NCBI GenBank assembly: GCA_964016885.1 | Contig: OZ024743.1 | Coordinates: 16,616,001-16,680,000 of the forward strand | Origin: Eledone cirrhosa | Taxonomy: Eukaryota | Direction of reading: 5' to 3' | Length of the DNA stretch: 64,000 nucleotides | In this document: positions 39,530 through 53,827 of the stretch, piece after piece | How positions within the stretch are numbered: position 1 is the stretch's first letter | Layout of the letters: each line of letters starts with the position of its first letter | Position numbers and translations under genes: made by a program | The notes under the pieces: generated by a model | Databases searched by the model: none | Told to the model about the DNA's origin: nothing | What the model saw: the letters and a program-made list of their open reading frames with translations, nothing else

Positions 39530-40142
39530 GTGAGGGTGGTAGATTTGCTGTGTCTATAGTACATCGGACACCATTCTTCGTGGCATAGAGTTACGGCTTT
39601 TTAATTTCTGAAATCAAGTACCGCCGAGGGTAGCTTTCCCATTCATCATTATGGCATCCATAAATAATGTACCAGTCATGCACTGGTGTCGAGTTATTCG
39701 ACTTTCCCCTTCTCTCAATATTGTTGGCATTGTGCTAAATCAAAAATCATTATTTACTGTTGGGCGGTGAATTGGCAGTATCGGTAGAGGGTCGACATGC
39801 TTTCCAGCATAGTCACGTCCCCTTACGGTCTGAGTCCAAATCCTGCCGAGGTTAACTTTGCCTTTCATCCTTACGGGGTCGATAAAATAAAGTACCAGTA
39901 ACCTACTGCGTAATTGCTGGCTTTGTGCCAAATGTAGAAACAATTATTTACTGTTGTATTGGCAGTAATTTTAGAGCGCCAGACACCATGTTTTGCAGTA
40001 TACAGTTATGGCCCTTGCCATTCTGAGTTCAAATCTCGTCGAAGTTCACCCTGCTTTTCATCTTTACGGGGTTGATAAAATAATGTACCAGTAATGCACT
40101 GGTTAATTGCTGGCCTTGTGTCAAAAGCAGAAACAATTATTT
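39530..40142 (+). mobile_element. Three head-to-tail SINE copies (~39530-39750, 39761-39948, 39955-40142)
   Basis: Three successive cores; the middle copy is closest to the in-window consensus. Confidence 0.85.
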
Positions 40143-41722
40143 ATTGATGTGATTCTTTCTTATGATTAGTAAAATTCAGACACTTGTGAAAAATCATATA
40201 AAGTATAGAGTAGCGTACATAATTTATACACCTGAATTATTCTGTTAAATTGGTAATATATTTACTATTATTAACAAATAATATACATGGTTTTCGAGTA
40301 GTAATAAGACAGAGAAACTTAAACTATTTGAACTTCGTCCTCTTTATTCATTCGTAACTAGCTTGTTTCAATAACGTACTGCTGCAAAGTAACAAATGCT
40401 AATGAGTTTCGCATCGTGATCTTTTCATTTTCTTTATGTTTGATGTCTCGTTTTGTAGTCTCACACGTTTCTTTATCATATGTTTGATAATTCCTTGGCA
40501 GTCAAAATATAAAATTACATTTATTCTTGGCTGTATCTTTTTATGGTGTGTCTGTGCATCTGTGATGGATGGTATCAAGTTTATTCTATTCTCTTACAAC
40601 TTGAATCTGTGCTTGTTTTCTTTCTCATAATCATTTATAATTATTTTGTTTTTGCCTATTTCATTTGTAATAAATTAGAGTCAAACACACACGGTAGTTC
40701 ATCACCTTTCTCACTTTCTGAACAATAATAATGACGGAAAATTCATAAATAAGTTTTAGATTATTCTGTGAAATGTTTCATCATCCGTTTGATTCTACCA
40801 GAAATAACGTTTTCTTAATCTAAGCAGACAAATATATTTGATTGTTCCCTCAACTATTTTCGAAATTATTGGCCCTTATGTCATGTTTTCTATATTCAAC
40901 ATCTCACATTTTTAGAGATTTACTTGGCATTTTAAGATTATAATAAATCCATATGGCTTTATATAAACAATTTGCTAGAGTAGAAATTCACCATTTAGTC
41001 TATGTCACATCAGCATTCATTAACGAGTTGAAAACCTACACACATTTTTAATAGCCTACATAATTCATTTTTAAGCATTCCAATTTTTTTTGGCACGAAT
41101 ATATGTTGAAATATTTATTTTCGTAAAATGGGATGTAACAACTAATTTTATTTTCCAATTCTTTTGTAATTGATATGTTCAGGCCTCCGCTATATTCAAT
41201 ATTAACTTCCTTCCTTTTTAAAATTTACGCACGTCTAATCAAACTAAAATATATCTAATCACTAAAATATTAGATGCCAATATTTTGTCACGTTTGAATG
41301 ATTGTTTAAGTATCCGCTCTATTATCTAAATATTTACTGAAATGAAAGTTTTTATTTTCATCAATATTTTTAAGCAAAATATAAAATTGCTTTTGTTTAT
41401 TCTTTGGTACTTAAAAAAAAAATTATTTGGCTGTATATTGAGGAAATAAACCGTGCTCTGTTCAGCACGTTTGATATTGGGCGGACAAATAGAGAAAACG
41501 ATATACGGTAGTTATTCGCTTATAGATTCATTTACAAACCATCTTTATTTCCGAAAGTTACCGATAGCAATAATATGTAGTAGCATTAAATACATTCATG
41601 TATTGGGCAAATTAGGGAGCGATTGAACGACAAGTTATATTTGTAGATAATAGATATTCAAGAATTTTACAATAAAATCACCATCTACATAGTCAACACC
41701 ATAGTCTCAAACTATGCACGAA

Positions 41723-41851
41723 ATAATTGTTTCTACTTTTGGAACAACGCCAGCAATTACCCCAGTGCATTACTGGTGCTTTATTTTATCGACTGCATAA
41801 CGATGAAAGGCAATGTTACCCTTGGCGGGATTTGAACTCAGATCATAAAGG
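41723..41851 (-). mobile_element. SINE, 5'-truncated
   Basis: AATTGTTTCTACTTTTGG...GATGAAAGGCAA..GGCGGGATTTGAACTCAG. Confidence 0.85.
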
Positions 41852-42077
41852 GTTGTGTTCTTCAGTATAACGAATTTCGATGCCATTTGTTTGAGTGCAG
41901 CTAATTTGAAGCTAAAAATACAGCAAATATAGCAAAATGACTCGGTTGAGTTCATTTGATCATTTTTCAAATGTTGATACTGTTTCAATTTCATCACTGG
42001 CACGTCCAACAATATGACTATAGCAGACATCGAAAATAATTTTTGTAACACAATTTACTATATAAATTAATACCTCT

Positions 42078-42243
42078 CAGACCTGCCAACCTCTAAACGG
42101 GGAATACCATGACATGAAAGTCCCCAAAACGGGGAGAAATGAGGAAAAAATGAGGAGACTTTACCTAATGAAACCTATACCCATCTTCACAAGAGAAGGC
42201 ATCTCTGATCCACCCCATGGAACGGGGAGAGTTGACAGGTCTG
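42078..42243. mobile_element. MITE (~166 bp)
   Basis: TIR CAGACCTGCCAAC / GTTGACAGGTCTG (1 mismatch); internal AACGGGGA repeats; TSD not clear. Confidence 0.65.
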
Positions 42244-45200
42244 ACGTCTGCCTCAGTTATGTAGCAGTCGAACTAAGTAAGACACATATTTGAAGAGCGC
42301 TCTAATCACTCTCTCACATAACCGAATACATCCAAACTAAGATTATCCCACCTACTATTTTGCTTTCTGATACAGTGCACCTAAAATATAATACTCATGT
42401 CATCTCTAACCTCCCAATATAGCTGCCGATCAATTGGTTCGATATGCCTGTTATTTCTAGCCGAATAATATACTACTAAGAAATCCCTCTTTGGCTGCTT
42501 TTGGAATATTGATTTTGGTGAGTCGCACAGAGAAGACCTGAAAATATCTATGTAATCTTCATTTTAGTTTTGTATTTCACGGTAAAAGGTGATTTAGTCG
42601 GTTTGCTCGGAATGAGAACTGAAAGAATAGAATGTGAAATTTTTGGAATCACCCGGTCGATACTTCTAGTTGTGAACATAGAAATATATTACTTATCCAG
42701 TGATTAGAATTAGAACAAAATCCCTGTATGATATAAATGAGATTTAGTTTTAATATCTAGCGGTTCCTGCAACCAGGCTGTGAATCCCTTCTCTCCTTTT
42801 AATTGTTGGTTTATCGAAAAGACGGACCTCGATTGACCTGACAAATGATTAAATGTGTTCCGGTAATACATATTCTATCATACAAGAAGTGATCCATGAC
42901 ATTTGGCATATATTAATTTTATTTTGCAAATAATTGTAAAACACTATATTAGATTCGATGGTATACATAGTATTTGACTATATTAAAACAAAACCACTTG
43001 GCAAATGGGTAACTTTAGCCGAATGATCTACAAGCTCTTGATAGAGATAGAGCGAGGATTTCCATCTAATGAACAAATCATGTGAAAACATAAAATTATG
43101 ATACTATATATTTAATTAGGCAAATATCAAATATTGACTGCACAGATGAAATATATGAACTATATTCTGAGAGTAACCTAGCTATATGTTATCTAGGCGA
43201 AGTAGTGAAAATTTAGCATTCTCAGATCTATAATATTCTGAAAAAGATGCTGTGGGTATTAATTCACCATAGGAGATAAAGATCAAATTGTCTAAAAATA
43301 GTCTTCAAAGTGTCGTTATCTATATTTGCTAAAAACAATCAGAATGTCTGCTGCATCAAACAGAGTTTAGACTAACCTTTCGTCTCATAAATATTATTGT
43401 CAGAATGAATTAGGTTTTGTCATTTCAATTCAGTAAAACTAATATTTTCCTAATGTGTGCTGATTTTTACTCTTTAGATCATATGGTTACGTAATGATGT
43501 TCCCCATTTAATAATAATTATGAGTCTTAAAAGAATCGCCTTCATGGTCATTTGACTTGCATGAAATAGATGTGAAATCACTCTGAAAACATAATCTAAT
43601 TTTGTAGCCGAATAAAAATTGTTGAAAGTATTATAAAAATAAAATATAGGAAGAATAGTCATGGCTTGGATTAGTTTTGGGCACTATAGTATTACTCTGG
43701 AGCTAATATATTTATAGATATTCAGAAACAGATTTCAAAGCAAAAATCCAAATCATATTATTGATATAATAGATAATATTGGTGGTAGTTTTGGTGTTAT
43801 TGTTTATGGCTTTACCATCGTATTTTCTAGGCTTATGCCTAAGTCTGTACTTTCTGTTTTTCGTAATATACTAACTTGTAGTTTAAAGAAAATTCTTATA
43901 CAAAATGAATCTCTCACGAGTTGAATGACTCAACCATGTTGCTTCGAATCAGTATTTAATATTGCTGTTTAGACCAGGCCAACCACAATGAAATCCACTT
44001 ATGTTAATTACCCCTGCAGCTATTGAAACATCTGTAAATTATTTGAGCTGTAGAGTATACTGAAGAGTTTCAATGACAGTGTAATGCGTCTATTTGTACG
44101 GAAGGTGTGATTTGACGCTGGCAATTCTAAAAGTGCAGACGATTACGTAGAAAGGGCAGGCGTGTTCCTATATCGATTGGGAAAACGAAGCTGGCATTGA
44201 AATCGGAAACACACTAAAGCTGTGGTGCAGACAAAACCCATATGAAAATAATTACATTTTAAACGATATGATTAAATCGTTAATTATATTAATTTTCATG
44301 TATATGAATTTGTAAAATAGACATTCACTCTTCTCAGCAATGCCGCCTTCTTACATGATCATATAGCGATTCAATTGTATCAATACTAAATATTTTCCCC
44401 TCCCCCAACGTTAAAGCACAACGTATATATATCTTTGATATATAATACATATTGAAATTGAAATAAATGCACACGATTGAGACACATTATGATTGCTTCA
44501 TATGCAAAAAATAGAAACTATGTCAATATAATATATAAGGATAGCACATGAAGAAACGAATAAACTATTGGATGGAAAATACATAGATTCACTATATCTG
44601 TTTCATTGAATACAGGATATTCCTGACGGAAATTATGATGATCGAATACATCCTAAATCATATGGGATGTGACGTTAAACAGAGAATACTGTTTTTCTAG
44701 ACATAAGTAACGATGATTCCTATTTTTCTGCGAAAAACAGATATTCCAAATTCTATCATGAAAAAACTCAGTCATCAGATGATGAGAAGCTGTTGAGAAA
44801 CAACATCATATATCGAAGGAAACTAAAACATAAAATTAGTGTAGTATTTCATACTAAATTATCATTGACTTGAACTGTTTATTACCATATTCTGAACAAA
44901 ATTTAGAAAACAAACAATATAACTTAATCAGTGATGTTAGCCACATTATATTATAAACAAACAAATGAAAGGTAATAATCCGGAACAACTACCGTATATA
45001 GTAATTTAATTTCATACAAAGAACAAGAAAGCGCTACCTTAGGTTTTAGGGTTCAGCTATGTACTTTATCTCATATAGGGTATGGTGGCACGGAATGCAA
45101 TGAGAGGCGGGAATATTCATGATTTAGTCATCACGCACTGGGACAAATTTGAAAATGTTTGTAAATCAGATTTGTGAGCTTTCAGTGTAATGACGGCATC

Positions 45201-46136
45201 ACGTCTAGCTAAATGTTTTACTCTTATATCGAACTCGAAATTTTTTGCAACACGTTCGGCTTCACCGTGACTCCTTTTATAGGTGTTAGCTATTTATCAG
45301 TTCTCTTGTGCCGTATATGCTGGTTACAAATTTCTTTCTCTACTTCACAAACTTGTTTTGTCTTTTCTGATAAGAAGGAGAGATATTTTGATGACTTCAA
45401 ATTTTCAATTGCTTTTAAAGTTGTATTTTGAAAAAGATTATGTTACGTATAAAATTTGACATTTGAGATTAAATCTAAGTAGAACGTGACTACATCCTTA
45501 AATCTAAGTGGGCATTTAAACACGCTATACTTTTATCAGTACTTTGAAACAAGTTCCAGTACGTAAAGTTACAGTTACTTAGTTGGTCGCTGCATCATTC
45601 ATTCTGCACCATCACATATAATCTGTGAAGATAGTCATAAATGGAAATTTAGATATACGGTAGCGCTTTATTTTTCTGTGTATGAACATACATAAATAAT
45701 ATACGAGTTCTCACATTAGATTGAGCTCTATTTCCTTCTTCCTTTTTCAAACCCACAGGTGAATAGCTGTATATATAAAGTATAAATGAAATAAATAAAC
45801 AATGCACTAACATAAACAAACTATCATATACCATGTTCGCTAAGCGCATAATGCATGAATACGTACATCCCATACACTCTTTTCATGAGTAGTCCTCTCA
45901 ACAAATTATTTTCGCATGGGATTAACTTCAAAATTATATTTCTTTTAATATAGCCAATAGTTTTCAGCTATATCATTTACTACAGTGATATGTAATACAG
46001 TGCAACATAAAATAACAATATTGATGTCATATATGAATGAAGATATATGAATGGTCTTAGACATTCACACACGCACGCACGCGTGGAGAAATACATAAAC
46101 ACACACAGACACACACACACTCACACATACATACAC

Positions 46137-46187
<51 letters not shown>

Positions 46188-46248
46188 TGTATACATATAT
46201 TTATTTATTTATTTATTTACAATCAAATTTTAGCTTAATACATTTAAT

Positions 46249-46295
46249 TGCTGACGATCGTTTCTTCCGGACAACTGTCTGGATTCATCGGAGCA
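46249..46295 (-). ncRNA. Minimal hammerhead (core CCGAUGA)
   Basis: TGCT-CCGATGA-a-TCCAGACA gt TGTCCGGA-a-GAAAC-GATC-GTC-AGCA, then ATTAAA and (TA)n. Confidence 0.65.
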
Positions 46296-46757
46296 TACAC
46301 ATTGTTTAAAGAATTAATTATAATCCTATTATTCGGAACACTCATAAAAATAAAAATGCATTACTATTGAAAAGCAAGAGTGACAAAATGGTATTATGTT
46401 ATACAGATATCAAATTATTAGGAACTGTCGTGAAGAGGTTATTACATAAAGTGGAAACATTGAGCGTATTATATAGAAAGTTAAGGTAATTCAGGTGAAA
46501 AAAAGATACTAAACAAAAAGGTGTTACAGAAGAGAGATAACAGATATCATAGCAATGAAGAATGTATCAGTAAGGGAATATGATGGAAAAAGTTAATAAA
46601 GGCATGCATGACGTAAGAGTTAGACAATAAATATATCAAGCATATTTCATACAGAATGTTCAGGAATGTTAAAAATGTTAAAAACGGCATGCATTATGGT
46701 TAAGAAATACATAATGATACGATAAATAAATGTTGTGTAATGCAATATGCAAATAAT

Positions 46758-46948
46758 TGTTTCTACTTTTGGCACAAGGACAACAAATTATCCAGTACAT
46801 TACTGGTACTTTATTTTGTCTACCCCCGTTTGGGTGAAAGGCAGAGTTGACCTTGGCGGGATTTGAAGTCAGAATGGAAAGGGCGTAACTCTATGCGTCA
46901 AAGCATGACGTCCGATCCTCTACCAATGCTACCAATCCAGCGCCCTTC
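46758..46948 (-). mobile_element. SINE with target-site duplication
   Basis: Full SINE; TSD CAATATGCAAATAAT at 46743-46757 and 46949-46963. Confidence 0.9.
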
Positions 46949-47369
46949 CAATATGCAAATAATATACGTAAATAAGATAGGTTAGTGTCTTTAAACATTT
47001 TTTTATATTAGAGATTATGTAGAAATATTTATGCTGGGTGTAATGTAAAGTGTTGATACTTAGAATGTTTTTAATTCAAGTTGTACTGTATGTGAAATAT
47101 GTATAGTTTAGATATACGTGTGAAATAAACATTATTTCCACTATTTTTGCTGTCATATCAATATAAGTAAAATAAAGATATTATATAATGCATTAATCTC
47201 TTTAGATTCGCTATAATGAGAAGTTAATTATTTTACAAATCCTATGAAATTCTTTATTATTTTCAAAATTATTTGAAAATCATTGGCAGTGTTTTTCATT
47301 AGAGATATAATAACAAAAAGTTGACAATTAACTGTATATGAGAGTGCATATACATAAATATGGAATGTT

Positions 47370-47946
47370 ACGCAATCCCCCCCCCCCGAACACACACTCA
47401 GCCCCGTTGGACAGAATGGAGAAGGCGTTCCCCTGGATGCCGGCAAGGGTGACGCGCTGGAAAAGCCACTCCAACTCGCGGGGCCAGCTCAGCGCCTATT
47501 GTGGTGAGTAGTGAGGTAGCCCTAGGGCCGAGGATATCAGAAGTCTCCACTGCCAGGGGTATAACTGCAAACCTGTCGTAGAGCGACCGGTATTTGAGGA
47601 GTTTGGCCTCCTCAGCCCGACTTGCAGTAGAACCTGGGTTAGTCGCAGACTGCACCAGATTGCGGCTGCAGAAAGTGTTGGTGCACGTAGCATCCCAGAC
47701 GAGGGGTTTGCCACCGCGGAACGGGAAGATGGTCATGCCATCTGGCCTTTTGCCGTCCCCTCAGTTCAGCCCCAACGGGTCGAGCTGGGTAGCGACGCCC
47801 ACAGCATCCAAGCCATGCTTTATGACCTCGTTGGGGGCAGCATGGCGTGGAAGGCGGCCGTCACGGTGGCGACAGTAAAGCGGGTGTTGGCCGAAAGAGT
47901 CCACGGCGGATCCGCAGCGACATTGGTTTGGCTCGCAGATCCGGAG
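47370..47946 (-). mobile_element. CRE-clade non-LTR retrotransposon 3' fragment (zinc knuckle plus restriction-like endonuclease)
   Basis: CRCGSAVDSFGQHPLYC..GRLPRH...GDGKRPDGMTIFPF..GKPLVWDATC...AEEAKLLKY..PLAVET; GC-rich island. Confidence 0.85.
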
Positions 47947-48603
47947 TAATTAGTGTTATGGACAATGTTGCTAGCTATCTAATTATTTTTATATTACTTT
48001 AGTAGTAAGGCTGGAGAGCATAGTAGGGTTCATAAAGTGCTTATTTATTTGGTTAGGATATATATGATTCTCTATTAAGGATTAATCCACGTTCTTGTTT
48101 GTGTGAGTTCTATTAAGAATGATTTAACTAATGGGAAAAATGTCGTTAAATATTTGTAGAGTTATGAATTTAAAAAATTAGGAAAAAGATATTCATTAGG
48201 GGAGTTAATCACAAAAGAGATCTAATTAAGGAAGTATTACATGTTTACAATAAAAAAAACAATCTTTGTTATTTAAGCCATTTATTAGTTAATAATAGCC
48301 TTATCCATTAATGAATATCTTATGTTATGAAGATCTATTTAGAATTAATCAGTTAATTAGTTTATATACTTCTTTATTATATATGTATTTATTTATTTTA
48401 TTAATATAAAATATTTGTTATTAATATAACTCTTAAAACCTTTACCAAATAATTGTAATCTATTAACATTTATTGATAAATAGCGGGGTATGGTTTTATT
48501 ATTATCAAATTAATATTGTTAATTATCTTATAAAGATTATCATTCACTAAATGCTGTTATATATTAATAATTATAAATCATAAATTATTATTAATTATTT
48601 ATC

Positions 48604-48694
48604 TTTGCCTTTCATCCTTACGGGGTCGATAAAATAAAGTACCAGTAATGCACTGAGAAATTGGTGGCCTTGTGCCGAAAGTAGAAACAATTAT
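48604..48694 (+). mobile_element. SINE, 3' half
   Basis: Conserved core and GTAGAAACAATTATT tail. Confidence 0.85.
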
Positions 48695-48949
48695 TAATTA
48701 TTTATCAATTATATATAAAAAACTATTTATTATTATTATTTATTCAAATTGTGTAAAGAGAGACGAATTATCAATAACTAGAGAGGGATTTATATAATAC
48801 TAGACGACAAGTGACCCGTTGGGTGATGTTCACTTAAAAATCATTTTTAAATAATTAAAATATACACAAAATGTATATAATGTAAAATGACATTGCAAAG
48901 CCAATATATATATATATATATATACGTGTATGTGTGTGTGTATATGTAC

Positions 48950-49021
<72 letters not shown>

Positions 49022-49559
49022 TTGTGTGTGTGGGTGTCTGTGGCCTATATACACTGGTTACAGACACACACACATATACATCCTGTCCTAACACAAGTTA
49101 TAATATACTTATAACTTAATATTCAGTCACCAAATTCAAGCTAGATACAGTAATTCTGTATTCGTTTCTTTGAAGTCACCTGTCATAATTTCATTCAACA
49201 AAACCACTAGCTCTCTCCCTCACTCTCTCTCACAACCACTATCTGCGTTTGTATTCACATTTCAATGGTACTTTACTTTCAAAGTATTTTCCCATTATCC
49301 GCTGATTTGGCTATTTATAAAAGTACCCGAAAAAAACGAGCGTATCTCGGGGATCCGTGGTCCGATTTACGTGAAACTTGTCTTTTCACTGTATTATTCA
49401 CAAGTATTTTCCCAAAGAAAATATCAAATCATTTTTCACTAATAGCTATCCAATCACTCCACTTCAAAATTATTTTTTCTATATCTCTATGGATGCTTAA
49501 CTGTTTGTTCTGAAAGATTTCTCTGCTTAAAATGTTGCAATGTTAATGAAAAGCTGGTT

Positions 49560-52500
49560 TTATTTGCAAGAATTTGAAAGAATGTTGCACAGATCATGTT
49601 CTTTCACTACTATCGGTATTTTGAACTTACAATGCGCTGTTCTTCCACCAGGCATCAGTGTTGCGGCAGCAGATGACGGAACAGCAATAGTCACGTCGCC
49701 GTTTCCCCTGACTTTTGAAAGAATTAAGTTAATCAGGAATGTCTTTCCTGTTCCACCTGGAGCGTCAATGAAAATCAATGCAGATGTATTCGTCTCTAAA
49801 CTGTTACAAACGAAGTCGTACATGTCTTTTTGTTCACTATTCAATAGAAGCTCCGTCTCTTCTACAAATCGTCGCTGCTCTTCTCTGCTGTATTACAATT
49901 CATGCAATAACTCCAAATTGCCAATATCCTGATTAGCAACAATATTATTAGGCCTTGGCAAGTTAAAGTCACTAAGACTTTTGCCCAGGTCGTTAAGTTT
50001 TTCTTCAAAATACAGAAGACATTGATCATGATGTTTCTCGCTAATCAAAAGTTTAGAGTTTCTGGTAGCCCATTTTTCTATTTGAAGGTAATCCTCAGAC
50101 AGCGAATGCTTAAATCGAGCCCATAAAGCACTGGAATTGTCAATTTCCGTATTTCTGAGGAGCACGATGAATAGATCTCTCATGGCTTTAGGAAGCCTTG
50201 TTCGGTTAGTATCTTCCAGCGTCTGCTGCCAATGATCATCCGATTGAAGCAAACCTTTCTCTCTGCAGATGTCTTTCAATAATGGCAGGAGTTCTCCATC
50301 ACACATTTTCAAAGAGTTGAAGGATACTGGCCTTTTGACGTGATGCAGAAGGAAGCTTAAATAATACAGGTCACCACTTCGTGGAGAAACTGTGTATACT
50401 CGTCCCAAAACGTTGGCCTAAAAAATCCCTGGATACTGCTCAACAGTTTTCCCCACCTTTCTCCTTTCCCATCCCTTATTACTCCAAGTGTAAAACTTTT
50501 GCACATCGGCATAATACAATGTTTTTGCAAACGGATCGCGATCGCAGAGATCCATGAACTCAGAGTCGCCTTAGACATGTTATTGTTTACTTTAACAGCA
50601 GCATTGACCCGAAAGCAGATTTGATTTTCGCCAGGTAGTTGAACTTGAAGCCGAACTACGGCCGGATCTCTCTCATGAATTGGAAATCCAAGTACCAAGG
50701 CAACAGCTTCTGAAGGACCGATATATCTTCCTGTTAAATACTGTAATATCTCATCTTCCCTGTTCACTCCAAACATTGCCTGATCTCTGCCCTTAATGGT
50801 ATATTTGATAACGTATTTGATCGATTTCAAGGAAGAGCACATCTCTACGTTTAGGTGGCAGTTGAACAGTTTTAATAGTTTCATATTGTAGGGAACCACC
50901 CATTCCGAAGTTATAATTCGGCTTCCCCTTCTTTCTTAGTGCCCCTCAAATCCTCCCATTGCTGGAGACCGTCTTCTGTACACAGGATAAGAGTCCTCTC
51001 CACACAATGTATATTCATTGAAAGGCTTAGGGTACCGCTTACTGCACGTTCCATCTTTCCAACACGGCGAATTATTAGAGCAATTGGGACCGTGGATCAT
51101 GTGCTTCAGCACCAATTCATAACCCTCTGTATCATTGTTTGGATCTGGTATTTTAGCTGGAACAAATTTATCATATTCCTGCGGTCTGAGCTTAGAGGCT
51201 TCATTGAGCCATAGCAAACAGTACACATGAGGAAGACCTCGCTTTTGATATACGACTGTCAGCACGTAAGGTAGGCACTTGCCAAATAGGCCATCTACTC
51301 CAGTAAGATACTTTCTTAACAGTTTCCGCTTCAGGTCAAATATTTTGGCAATTAAATCTGGCCTTTCATGTGGCTTCTGATTCAGTAATAGATTTTGCCG
51401 GATTTCGGGCCAGTTGGTATTGCATGTCATTGTGATAAAGAACGAAGGATTTCCGTACTTCCGTATGTACATCATGGCATCCTGGCATCGCTCCATCATA
51501 TATCTCGGTCCACCGACACATGTGGAAGAGAGTATGAATCGCCTGCCAATATTACGAAAATCGTCATCATCAATATTACGAAATCGTCAGTAAGGCCCTT
51601 GTATGCTGTAGATCGCAATGATGTTTGATTCATTCGGATGTATTGCAGTCTATCTACTTCAATCTTCGCAGCCATGTCAACCAAATATTGCTGAAATAAA
51701 CGACCGCCTCTGAGAAGTTGGTTGAATTCATTCTCATGGTTCATTATTCGATAGGCATAGTAGCGCATTGGCGTCAACTTCTTGTTGTTGCTCAATAACA
51801 GCTCATGATGCCATCCGTCATCTACAAAAGGAAAAAAAAAAAGAACATACTGCAAACTGTCATAGGACCGATGGGACTCTGAGATTATTCTCCTTTTTCT
51901 TTCAACACAACGTGCCGTGCTTGAAGTTCGGTGCTGTTTTGTATAATAACGGCAACTTCGTTTGCAGTTTGTGTATTGAATCTTCTCACATGTTCCATTG
52001 TTGGTCTCCTATCAGCATCAATAATAATCAAAGCTTCGGGGATATTTTTAATTTGTGCTTTTGCCTTTCGAAATGAAGCAACGTAAGGGTTATATTGTCT
52101 GAGTATTATTTCCAATAATTCAACTATGTCGCGCTGAATACCATCGTTATGGAGTATCCTGATCCTCAAATCAACACTATCCTGAGGATCCAAGAAGTAA
52201 ATTTGAAGAAATTGGGGACGTTCGTTGGGATTAGGGGTTAAGGAAGCGATGTAATGGTGAATTTGACCATGAATAACGATAGGATTCATTCCATCCACTT
52301 CTTAAGGAACGAACTTCTTCGGCCCCAAAATATGTCATTTGGAACAGGCAGTTGTATTGTCTCAGGTTCTTCCTGAACTCGTTTGCGCTAGGCTGATCAG
52401 TACTAAATAAACTTTGAAGTTCCTGGGCTAAAGGCTGCATATTCCCCAACCTGACTTTTCATTCATAGAGCAAATGTTAGCAGTTTGACCATGAAAAAGC

Positions 52501-53607
52501 AATGCATGACAAAAGACACATATCTTATTTATCTGTCCAACATCAGCAGAGAGGTCACGTCGTTGAACTGTCCTTGCTCTATCCCTAACGGTTTGTTGGC
52601 AAATACGTTCAGTTCTCCGAGCATCTGATTCATGGCCTCTCATTCTTCTGTCTCATTCCCCTGTTCCGTCAGATGTTCAGTTCTCCAACCATCCGATTCA
52701 TGATCTCTCCTGCTTCTGTTCTTCTGTCTCTTTCTCTCTGTTCTGCCAGACGCTCAGCTCCCCGACCATCCGATTCATGATCTCTCCTGCTTCTGAATCT
52801 TTACCTATGTTCCACCAGATGTTCAGTTCTCCGACCATCCGATTCATGATCTGTCCTTCTTCTGTCTCTTTCTCTCTGTTCCGCCAGACGCGCAGCTCTC
52901 CAACTATCCGATGCATGATCTCTACTTCTTCTGTCTCCTTCCCTCTGTTCCGCCAGACGTTCAGTCCTCCAACCATCCGATTCATGATCTCTCCTGCTTC
53001 TGAATCTTTCCCTATGTTCCACCAGATGTTCAGTTCTCCGACCATTCGATTCATGATCTCTCCTTCTTCTGTCTCTTTCTCTCTGCTCCGCCAGACGCTC
53101 AGCCCTCCAACTATCCGATGCATGATCTCTACTTCTTCTGTCTCTTTCCCTCTGTTCCGCCAAACGTTCAGTTCTCCAAACATCCGATTCATGATCTCTC
53201 CTGCCTCTGAATCTTTCCCTATGTTCCACCAGATGTTCAGTTCTCCGACCATCCGATTCATGATCTCTCCTTCTTCTGTCTTTCTCTCTGTTCCGCCAGA
53301 CGCGCAGCTCTCCAACTATCCGATACATGATCTTTCTTTATTCTGTCTCTTTCCCTCTGTTCCGCCAGACGCGCAGCTCTCCGACCATCCGATATATGAT
53401 CTCTCCTTCTTCTGTCTCTTTCCCTCTGTTCCGCCAGACACGCAGTCCTTGTTTATCAGTCGCATCGATCCTTCTATTCGCATGCCTGTCCCGATCTTGT
53501 TGGCATTGACCACTATCTTGCTCACCTTCTTCGGCTCTCCTTGGCCGTTCTTTATATCCACTATCGATAGACCAACCAGATGTTTTCTTTCTTCCTCATC
53601 TAGGCAT
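49560..53607 (-). pseudogene. Helitron Rep-Pif1 helicase, fragmented
   Basis: MPR*GRKK start; ICVFCHALLF zinc region; HGQIHHY, FLQIYFLD, GGRLFQQYLVD, FFITMTCN.NWPEI, QKRGLPHVY (HUH), KYVIKY, GRYIGPSEA, DAPGGTGKT (Walker A), GGRTAH. Confidence 0.93.
52665..53450 (-). repeat. 69-bp coding tandem repeat (~11 units) with 207-bp higher-order trimer
   Basis: Units recur at ~52762, 52831, 52900, 52969, 53038...; 23-aa units such as RRRRDHESDGRRTERLAEQRERD in ABC-ABC order. Confidence 0.92.
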
Positions 53608-53827
53608 TATTTAAAAATCGAAAATCGTATTCACCTTAGAAAAAATTCCTATTACCTCAACAAATATTTTTTTTAAATCATCATTTAGAAATATTTTTAA
53701 ATAATGAAAATAGTGTCTGTTTAAACAACTCGTATTTTTCAAATCATATTCATTAAAAAATACTTATTAATAATTAAAATATTCTGTTTAAAGAAAGCTG
53801 AAATATAAATACTCAGTGTACAAATAG

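Noticed and set aside
52777-53676. 299-aa plus-strand ORF
   Set aside because: Antisense reading of the 69-bp Helitron repeat; stop-free because of repeat composition.
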